DNA of 64,000 nucleotides from Chlamydiota bacterium (GTDB lineage Bacteria; Chlamydiota; Chlamydiia; Chlamydiales; SM23-39): NCBI GenBank assembly GCA_038534095.1, contig JBCAXK010000001.1, positions 10,172 to 74,171 of the forward strand, read 5' to 3'. Shown piece by piece: positions 57,325 to 64,000 of this stretch (position 1 is its first letter; each line of letters starts with the position of its first letter). The notes under the pieces were generated by a model. It saw only the letters and a program-made list of their open reading frames with translations, ran no database searches and was not told where the DNA came from. The position numbers and the translations under genes were made by a program.

Positions 57325-57921
57325 ATGGAAGAAATTAGTTTTATCAATATCGCCTCTTCGTTGTTTTTGATTATGAACGCTGTTGGCCAAATCCCCTTAT
57401 TCCTAGCCATTCTTTCTCCTTATAGCCCTTCAAAACAAAAGTTTTTGATTTTTCGAGAAATGCTTATTGCGCTCGGTGTCTTGATCATTTTTACTTTTTT
57501 TGGAGAAAGCGTGCTTTTCTACCTTGGTATCACCCATTCTGTGATTGGTATGGCAGGGGGGATCCTTCTTTTCCTAGTCTCTTTAGATATGGTCTTCCCC
57601 AAAGAAAAGGATATAGAAGCGCTCACAAAGTTTGAACCGATGGTCGTGCCACTCGCGATTCCAGTGATCACAGGGCCGGGCGCTATTACAATGTCGATGA
57701 CTTTCGCTGGGCAAACTAACAGTCCTCTTTTTGTTGCCTGCGCTATTCTTGTGGCTTGGATACCTTCTGTTTTGATCTTGGTTTTTTCTCCTTACATCCA
57801 AAAATACTTGGGAGATAAAGGGATGCAAGCGGTGGAAAGATTGGGAGGCATGCTTGTCATTTTGATTGCCATTCAAATGTTTTCCTCAGGGGTTATCCAG
57901 ATGGTTAAGGATAATTTTTAA
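57325..57921 (+). CDS. MarC-family (UPF0056) integral membrane protein
   Basis: The N-terminus is ...LFLIMNAVGQIPLFLAIL.... It has six TM segments and a length of 198 aa, typical of MarC/YhgN. Confidence 0.8.
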   Translation: MEEISFINIASSLFLIMNAVGQIPLFLAILSPYSPSKQKFLIFREMLIALGVLIIFTFFGESVLFYLGITHSVIGMAGGILLFLVSLDMVFPKEKDIEALTKFEPMVVPLAIPVITGPGAITMSMTFAGQTNSPLFVACAILVAWIPSVLILVFSPYIQKYLGDKGMQAVERLGGMLVILIAIQMFSSGVIQMVKDNF

Positions 57922-57935
57922 TCAAGCGATTTTCT

Positions 57936-57969
57936 AAAAGAGGTTGTATTGCAAAGTGCCACCTCTTTT
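57936..57969. terminator. bidirectional terminator between convergent marC-family gene and hflX
   Basis: aaaagaggt (57936-57944) pairs with acctctttt (57961-57969) around a 16-nt loop. The A-tract and T-tract are built into the stem flanks. Confidence 0.55.
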
Positions 57970-58012
57970 ATCGGTAAAGGCAGTCCTAAATTGCCTTTCG
58001 GACAGCCCTTGT

Positions 58013-59323
58013 TCAAGCAGGCTCAATGAACTGTGAAAACTGCTTCTGAATACGCTCAGGAACCTGAACTTCGATGATGAGATCGTTGCCTTCATAGCTC
58101 TTGCTAAGCACTTCCCCCTCTTGCATCAGTTTTGCTGCGTATTGATAATCTTTTTGATCAAAACGAAAAACGAGCCTGCGACGAAGGTTTTGTATTTTTT
58201 CCATCATGGCATCGATCAACTGAGAAAAATTCTTCTGCTCCAAAGCAGAAATTTTTACCAGCTTCGGATAACGAAACTGCAACGCAGACGCTTCTTTCGA
58301 AAGAGGGAGCTCTGTTTTGTTAAGAACTTGGATCATCGGTTTTTTGTCTGCATGAAGCTCTTTCAGAACTTCGCTTGCAGCGTCAATCTCTTCTAATACA
58401 GTTTCGCTAGAGGCATCGATCAAATGTAGAAGAATATCGGCGTGCGCCGCCTCTTCTAATGTACTTTTGAACGCTTCGATGATCCTATGGGGCAATTTAC
58501 GTACAAAACCTACCGTATCAATGAGAAGAATTTTCTGATTGTTCGGCAAATGGTACACAGTCGATTTTGTATCCAAGGTAGCAAACAGTTTATCCTCTAC
58601 AAACACGCCTGCATTTGTAAGAGCGTTTAATAAAGTGGACTTTCCTGCGTTCGTGTATCCCACAATCGCAAAGGTGACTAGATGTTCTTTTTCACGGCGA
58701 CGCCTTTTGATGGAACGATTTTTCTTTAACTCCTCGAGACTTTTTCTTAAAACAGTGATTTTTCTTCTGAGCAGTCTCCGATCAATCTCAATCTGCCTTT
58801 CCCCTTCTCCCTTCAAAAAACCGCCTTTGCTCCCACCTACTCTTTGACGACCTAAGTGGGTCCAAAGCCGCTTTAAACGGGGCAGTTGATATTGATATTG
58901 CGCAAGGGCAATTTGCATTTTTGCCTCTTTTGTGTGGGCTCTTTGCGCAAATACGGCAAGAATGAGCTCTGTCCGATCCACAACCATTGCGCCTAGAATT
59001 TTCTCCAAATTTCGCTGCTGCTGCGGAGAAATCTCATCATCGAAAATGACCAAAGTCACCTCTTCGGCTACAACAAGATCCCGTATTTCCTCAACTTTTC
59101 CTTTTCCAAGGAGGGTTTTTGCAGAGATTTTCCGAAGAGGGCATAGCAGTTTTTGTACAGAAAGCAGGCCAAATGTATCGACCAGCCTTTCTAGTTCATC
59201 GAGATGCAAGGAAGCTTGCGTTTTTTGTTTTTCCTCGTAAGTACCAATCAAAATCGCCTTTGCAGAAAAAGCTTGCGCTTCGATGAGGCGGCCCCTATCT
59301 GCTTGACCACTACTAAATTCCAT
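58013..59323 (-). CDS. hflX: GTPase HflX
   Basis: HflX N-domain (GKGKVEEI..., LIIFDDEISPQQQRNLE), then G-domain motifs GYTNAGKST, DTVGF, and NKTE. I moved the start to the ATG at 59323 (MEFSSGQ...). The track start at 59461 would run deep into the upstream gene. Confidence 0.9.
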   Translation of the reverse strand: MEFSSGQADRGRLIEAQAFSAKAILIGTYEEKQKTQASLHLDELERLVDTFGLLSVQKLLCPLRKISAKTLLGKGKVEEIRDLVVAEEVTLVIFDDEISPQQQRNLEKILGAMVVDRTELILAVFAQRAHTKEAKMQIALAQYQYQLPRLKRLWTHLGRQRVGGSKGGFLKGEGERQIEIDRRLLRRKITVLRKSLEELKKNRSIKRRRREKEHLVTFAIVGYTNAGKSTLLNALTNAGVFVEDKLFATLDTKSTVYHLPNNQKILLIDTVGFVRKLPHRIIEAFKSTLEEAAHADILLHLIDASSETVLEEIDAASEVLKELHADKKPMIQVLNKTELPLSKEASALQFRYPKLVKISALEQKNFSQLIDAMMEKIQNLRRRLVFRFDQKDYQYAAKLMQEGEVLSKSYEGNDLIIEVQVPERIQKQFSQFIEPA

Positions 59324-60068
59324 GCTCACACTCCAACGGTATTTCAAGCCCATCATAGGCAAATTGCATCGATGAAGGTAGCTTGGAACGCTCCTTAAAC
59401 GCGTCGATCCGATGACAAACATGGGTGAAAAACACTTGAGAGGCGCCCACCTCTTGAGCAAAGGAGATCGCTTTTCTCAGTCCTAAATGGACGTGGGAAT
59501 GATCCAGGCCGCACGCACTAAGAACGAGGGTTTTCACGCCGCTAAGAGCAGAAAAAATACTCGGTTCATAACGGGATATATCAGTGACATACGCAAAAGA
59601 CCCAAAGCGAAAGCCTGTAACCCTTGTTGTATCTTGCCAGTATTGGAAATACGAAAAGGGCAAACCGCCAAAGAAAAACTCTCCCTGGTCAGACGGGAGA
59701 AACGTGGGAGCAAAAAACTGTTGTAAATAGGATTTTTTCTCAAGCATTTCTCCCGTTTCTTTCGACAAAAAACAGGGAATCTCTCCCTTCTTTTGATACG
59801 AAAAAATTCGCAGATCTTCTAAACCTCCGATATGATCATAATGGGAATGGGTTAGAAGAAGAGCCTCAATACCAAACACGCCATAGTTGAGCGCTTGCTG
59901 CCGAAAATCGGGTCCTGCGTCGAATAAAATGCGCCTATCTCCTATCCGAAGGAGGCCGCTTGAGCGAAGACGCCATTGCCTTTTGTCTTGACACACTAAG
60001 CAGGAACAACCGATTACAGGCGTGCCCATCGACGCTCCTGAACCTAGAAATAAAAAACTTGCCTTCAT
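59313..60068 (-). CDS. MBL-fold metallo-hydrolase (PhnP-like)
   Basis: LLTHSHYDHIGG (HxHxDH) and an N-terminal GSGASMGTP..GC.C..C zinc ribbon-like motif. The start is at the ATG at 60068 (MKASFLFLG...). Confidence 0.8.
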   Translation of the reverse strand: MKASFLFLGSGASMGTPVIGCSCLVCQDKRQWRLRSSGLLRIGDRRILFDAGPDFRQQALNYGVFGIEALLLTHSHYDHIGGLEDLRIFSYQKKGEIPCFLSKETGEMLEKKSYLQQFFAPTFLPSDQGEFFFGGLPFSYFQYWQDTTRVTGFRFGSFAYVTDISRYEPSIFSALSGVKTLVLSACGLDHSHVHLGLRKAISFAQEVGASQVFFTHVCHRIDAFKERSKLPSSMQFAYDGLEIPLECEHGI

Positions 60069-60109
60069 ACAATACACCTTATTGTAACACAAAAAAAGGA
60101 AAAAAGGCA

Positions 60110-60757
60110 GTGAAGAAAGTCTACTTATTTGGTAGGGGGAAGATGGCAGCTTCTGTCATGGACGAAGCGAAAAAACAGAGTATCTCTGTCGAAAAAACCT
60201 TAGAAAAAAATGTGCCCGCTATCCACTTTGGAAAAAAAGACACGTTAGTGCATGACGCTCTTCTTTGCGTAAAAAAAGGGGCTCCTCTTTTGATTGGGAC
60301 AACGGGATGGGAAAAAGAGGCTCCTTGCATCAAAACAGCCTTTGAGAACAGTGGCGTAGCTGCCCTATACGCCCCGAACTGCTCTTTAGGGGTATCCTAC
60401 TTCATGCATATTGCAAAGCTTGCTTTTTCTTTGCTCGAAAAAGATTCTACATTTCTACCCACCCTTTATGATCACCACCACGAACAAAAAGTCGACGCTC
60501 CTTCTGGAACGGCAAAAAAAATCGCACAAGACTATAAGCAGATTACAGGACAAACCCTACCCATTTTCTCATCACGGGCAGGCTTTCATCCAGGAACGCA
60601 CCAAATTGTGTTTGACTCTCCTTATGAAACGCTTTTCCTTAGGCACGAATCGAGAAATAGGAACGTTTACGCGCAAGGCGCTCTCTTGATGGCAAAATGG
60701 CTAGAGGGGAAGCAGGGATTTTTTACGATGGATGATTTTTTTACGAGGAATACATGA
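60110..60757 (+). CDS. dapB: 4-hydroxy-tetrahydrodipicolinate reductase (short form)
   Basis: HHHEQKVDAPSGTA signature, APNCSLGV, and N-terminal VKKVYLFGRGKM. I chose the GTG at 60110, which has AAAGGA 10 nt upstream. The track start at 59960 lies inside the divergent MBL gene. Confidence 0.8.
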   Translation: MKKVYLFGRGKMAASVMDEAKKQSISVEKTLEKNVPAIHFGKKDTLVHDALLCVKKGAPLLIGTTGWEKEAPCIKTAFENSGVAALYAPNCSLGVSYFMHIAKLAFSLLEKDSTFLPTLYDHHHEQKVDAPSGTAKKIAQDYKQITGQTLPIFSSRAGFHPGTHQIVFDSPYETLFLRHESRNRNVYAQGALLMAKWLEGKQGFFTMDDFFTRNT

Positions 60758-61656
60758 GCTACTACCTGGAAAATCCGCGAGGACTCTATACAGCCCTGAT
60801 TACCCCTTTTCAAACGGGCGGCGAGCTCGATGAAGAGGGCCTGCGCTACAATATAGCCCAACAAAAAGCTTCGGGGGTCCAAGGCATTGTTGTCTTTGGA
60901 ACAACGGGAGAAGCTCCCACCTTAACCGAAGAGGAAAAAACCCGGATTTTGCAAATTGCCGTCGAAGAGTGTCAAGGTAGCTTACCTGTGATCGTAGGGG
61001 CTGGTTGCAACTCCACCAAAAAAACCATCGATCGGGTTAATCGATACAAAGCATACGGAGCGAGCGCCGCTTTAGTAGCTACTCCCTACTACAATTTACC
61101 CTCTCAAGAGGGGATGTTTTTGCATTTTTCCTCCATTGCCAAAGAAACAAACTTTCCGCTAATTATTTACAATGTCCCCAAAAGAACCGGCGTTGATCTC
61201 ATCATCAACACCATCCTACGGCTTAGCGCACTTCCTGAAGTCATTGCCATCAAAGAGTGCCCTAGTAGCTACCCCGCCCTTTCTGATTTGCTCTTTCATA
61301 CGACGGTTCCCATCTTTTCGGGAGATGATCCCTGGACTTATCCCTGCCTCCTTTCTGGGGGATCAGGAGCCATTTCTGTGATTTCTAACCTCTGCCCCGA
61401 TACGATGCTCCTTCTCGTCGAGTTTGCTCTCAAAAAAAGGGTGCACGCTGCCAAAAAAGCCTATGATCGCTTATTTCCTGTGATGAAAGCTATGGGCATA
61501 GCCGCCAATCCGATTGTCATTAAAGCAGCTATGAATCATCTTTCTATGCCAGCAGGTCCTTGCAGGCTACCCTTAAATCCGCTAAGTCGAGAGCAGGATC
61601 AGTTTCTTGTAAAGCAACTCAAAAAATTGGATTATCTATGGAACGTATTCGTGTAG
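60754..61656 (+). CDS. dapA: 4-hydroxy-tetrahydrodipicolinate synthase
   Basis: ALITPF, VFGTTGEAPTLT, YNVP.RTG, and an AIKE active-site Lys region. An ATGA overlap links it to dapB. Confidence 0.9.
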   Translation: MSYYLENPRGLYTALITPFQTGGELDEEGLRYNIAQQKASGVQGIVVFGTTGEAPTLTEEEKTRILQIAVEECQGSLPVIVGAGCNSTKKTIDRVNRYKAYGASAALVATPYYNLPSQEGMFLHFSSIAKETNFPLIIYNVPKRTGVDLIINTILRLSALPEVIAIKECPSSYPALSDLLFHTTVPIFSGDDPWTYPCLLSGGSGAISVISNLCPDTMLLLVEFALKKRVHAAKKAYDRLFPVMKAMGIAANPIVIKAAMNHLSMPAGPCRLPLNPLSREQDQFLVKQLKKLDYLWNVFV

Positions 61657-62654
61657 CTCTCTTTGGAGCGAGCGGCTCTATTGGGAAAATTTATAGAGAA
61701 GAGCTGCAAAGGCATCCTTTTTTTGAACTCACATGGATCGCTGGCTCTCCAAAGTCAGAAGGAATGGTACTAGATGGCCTACCCCTTAAGCATCCGGACA
61801 ACCTTCAAGAGATGAAAAAAAACGCCGATCTTATCTTTTTCGCCGCAGATAACCTAGCTGCAAAAACCATCGAACCCCGTTTAAGAACCTTGGGCCTTCC
61901 TGTCTTCACGAACGCTTCTTTCCATAGGATGGCGCCCTTTGCAGACCTTGTGATTCCAGAAATCAATCCTAACGCTCTACTTAATTGTTCACTTGAAGGT
62001 GAGAAAAAGGCTCTTTTTATTGCAAAACCCAACTGCGCTTTACAAAATATTTTATTGCCCCTTTTTCCTCTCCACAAGCGTTACCAAATCAAAAAGCTGG
62101 TCGTTACCTCCCTCCAATCGGTTAGCGGAGCTGGATCTACGCTGCCAGCGCATAGCATTATGGATAATGTGCTACCCCTAATTCCTGGCGAAGAGGAAAA
62201 AATTGTTGCCGAAATGCACAAGATTCTGCAAGCCTCCTTCCCATTTTCCGTATCGAGTTTACGCGTTCCCACCTCTCATGGACATATGGCGATCATCCGC
62301 GCCTCATTCGAAAAGCGCCCGAAGATCACCGATATTCCCCCTCTTTGGGATCGCTTTATCGGCTTACCTCAGGAATTGCACCTCCCCTCAGCGCCAAAAA
62401 AACCGGTCCACTATTTTCCACAAAACGATCGACCACAGTTGAGCAAGGACCGGGATCGGGGTGGTGGAATGACCGTTTCTGTAGGCAAGCTGCGAAGTTC
62501 CCCCCTTTTTGATGTAGAATTTTGCGCTTTATCCCATAATTTGCGGCGCGGCGGAGCAAAAGGTGCTCTTTTAGCAGCCGAGCTGTACTCTTACGCCAAA
62601 CAGTTTCCAGACACGTTTTTGGCCACTTCCTCTACCAGTTGTTTGCCAAAATAG
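61638..62654 (+). CDS. asd: aspartate-semialdehyde dehydrogenase
   Basis: MERIRVALFGASGSIGK (Rossmann), KPNCAL (active-site Cys), SGAG, and SHNLRRGGA. The start is at the ATG at 61638, a 19-nt overlap with dapA. Confidence 0.9.
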   Translation: MERIRVALFGASGSIGKIYREELQRHPFFELTWIAGSPKSEGMVLDGLPLKHPDNLQEMKKNADLIFFAADNLAAKTIEPRLRTLGLPVFTNASFHRMAPFADLVIPEINPNALLNCSLEGEKKALFIAKPNCALQNILLPLFPLHKRYQIKKLVVTSLQSVSGAGSTLPAHSIMDNVLPLIPGEEEKIVAEMHKILQASFPFSVSSLRVPTSHGHMAIIRASFEKRPKITDIPPLWDRFIGLPQELHLPSAPKKPVHYFPQNDRPQLSKDRDRGGGMTVSVGKLRSSPLFDVEFCALSHNLRRGGAKGALLAAELYSYAKQFPDTFLATSSTSCLPK

Positions 62655-63556
62655 CTATGCAATAAAAGTCCTTTTGAACCAAGTCCTGTAAATGCCCAAG
62701 TTTTTTCTCCCATTCTTCGCAAAACGGGTCCCTGTTTCTCTTTCGGATATACTCGGAAACCGGCTATTTTCCCTGTAATCACGAGATCTTTAGGAAGGGA
62801 AAAATAGTGGAGCTTCTTCAAAAGGGATAGGGCTTTTTCGTCAGGATCGGGAGAAAATTCCCCCTTTTCATACGTCGCTCCTAGCGCAAACTCATGCTTT
62901 TCCCGGTAAGGCGTCAAGTAGGGATGGCCAAGTAACGGATAGGGAAGCTGCAAAGTAGCAGATCGAAATAGCAGGAGCTGCCCTTTGATCAGGTCCAAAG
63001 ACTCTCTCATCTCTTGAAAAAGGAGCGATCCTGTAGCGAGGATCAGGGCGTCATAATCTTCTTGTCTTACCTTTTGGGAAGAAAAGACAAGCCCTCCTTT
63101 TTCTTGAATCGTTTTCTCAAGAGCTTTGATGTAAGCAAGACTATCAATTTGCTCTCCTTCAAGAAGCAAAATGCCTGGAGCGCGAAGACCAGGAATCAAC
63201 AAGCCTGCCTCTTCTTCTGAAAGAAACTGCACATCGGGATGTTTGCTTGCAAGTTTACGAAAGTGTTTTTCTTGAGAAGGAAAAAGCGCAGGACGAAAGA
63301 TCCCCTTTTTCCGCCGAAACGCTATCTTAGAAATTTCTTCTACTTCTTGAAAAAGAGCGCCCGTAGACGCAAGGTACTTGTCAGCGTCTCGTTGTCTTAC
63401 TGGGAACTTGCCCACATAAGGGTGCAAAAACCCAGTAGAAATATGGGAAGCGGCCTCAGCAGTTTCTCGATAGACATGCGCGACAAAACCTTGATCCAAA
63501 GCGTGCATAGCAGCGCTTAAGCCCGCATACCCCCCTCCCATGATTGCGAGCTTCAT
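62591..63556 (-). CDS. FAD-dependent oxidoreductase (DAO/glycine-oxidase-like family)
   Basis: MKLAIMGGGYAGLSAA dinucleotide-binding motif and a C-terminal TGLGSKGLLL. I moved the start to the ATG at 63556, which gives an ATGA overlap with the upstream gene. Confidence 0.7.
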   Translation of the reverse strand: MKLAIMGGGYAGLSAAMHALDQGFVAHVYRETAEAASHISTGFLHPYVGKFPVRQRDADKYLASTGALFQEVEEISKIAFRRKKGIFRPALFPSQEKHFRKLASKHPDVQFLSEEEAGLLIPGLRAPGILLLEGEQIDSLAYIKALEKTIQEKGGLVFSSQKVRQEDYDALILATGSLLFQEMRESLDLIKGQLLLFRSATLQLPYPLLGHPYLTPYREKHEFALGATYEKGEFSPDPDEKALSLLKKLHYFSLPKDLVITGKIAGFRVYPKEKQGPVLRRMGEKTWAFTGLGSKGLLLHSYFGKQLVEEVAKNVSGNCLA

Positions 63557-63999
63557 AAAGATTTTTGCCGGATAATCAGCTGGTAACTTTCCGCAGCGAA
63601 GTTGAAGAAAAAAATCAAGACAGGAGAAAGAACGAGCGAGATGGGAAGAGCCATAACGAACCAAGCAATGATCTGGGTAAGACCGTCGATATCTCCAAGA
63701 TAACTCACGCTTGTAAGATGCGCGCTTGTAACAAGAGCGCTAATGACAAGCGTCATAGGCACACAAGCTAAAAGAAACAAACAAACGATCCGAAGGCTTT
63801 TTTCAGAAAATGCGCGCACCATCAGGGCCCATTTTTGCTTTCTTCCTGACCGATCAAGAGCAATCAGAGGCGCGGCAAAAAAGAGCAACAAAAGACTCAG
63901 AAAAAACAGGACTAACGAACTTAAAATCAGGAGAAAGGGAGCAAAAGAGAGTAACGCGCCAAGCTGCGCTCCTAATCCAGGAATTTCCCGAAAAGCCAT
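63553..63999 (-). CDS. hypothetical polytopic membrane protein (at least 148 aa; the start may lie beyond the window)
   Basis: Four hydrophobic segments (FAPFLLILSSLVLFFLSLLLLFFAAPLIAL and others). The ATG sits at 63999, one nt from the window edge. Confidence 0.5.
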   Translation of the reverse strand: MAFREIPGLGAQLGALLSFAPFLLILSSLVLFFLSLLLLFFAAPLIALDRSGRKQKWALMVRAFSEKSLRIVCLFLLACVPMTLVISALVTSAHLTSVSYLGDIDGLTQIIAWFVMALPISLVLSPVLIFFFNFAAESYQLIIRQKSL

Positions 64000-64000
64000 C

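Noticed and set aside
1-64000. Search for CRISPR arrays, rRNA, tmRNA, intact IS elements/transposases, integrases, restriction-modification or toxin-antitoxin pairs
   Set aside because: Reading by eye, I found no regularly spaced direct repeats, no transposase or integrase motifs, and no small adjacent gene pairs of TA type. Only the single tRNA was found. Absence judged by eye is not proof.

Overview
The window looks like a chlamydial chromosome segment, probably from an environmental, amoeba-associated lineage; that placement is inference. About two thirds is compact housekeeping DNA. One block runs rpmE-prfA-prmC-ffh-rpsP-trmD-rplS-rnhB, then yicC-gmk, a small ORF and metG, facing recD2. 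A second block runs rpsO-pnp, tadA, ftsH-tilS and lptF-lptG. Others are rplM-rpsI, miaB facing ligA, mtaB, hflX, and dapB-dapA-asd. From memory, this order matches the Chlamydia trachomatis CT022-CT033 and CT838-CT843 regions. Many genes overlap by a few nt, including several convergent 3' overlaps. One tRNA-Asn(GUU) is present. I saw no rRNA, CRISPR array, intact IS element or prophage. Accessory content sits between the housekeeping blocks:
- a 1563-aa YD/RHS-repeat protein with no C-terminal toxin tip
- two tandem beta-barrel OMP genes, one MOMP-like
- a pair of paralogous low-complexity proteins sharing an N-terminal module, one of which carries ankyrin repeats and a 2 x 36-aa KRRRTD repeat
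- a diverged ~270-300-bp duplicated element with a 32-nt perfectly conserved core
- a rhomboid-fold protein apparently lacking catalytic residues
- several orphan and small membrane proteins
- decayed ORF fragments next to the tRNA

I did not find an unambiguous new multi-gene system. The most testable new idea is a SemiSWEET (PQ-loop) gene translationally coupled to thiamine pyrophosphokinase, which may form a minimal thiamine-salvage module. All calls come from reading the ORF translations and the sequence by eye. No database search was run.
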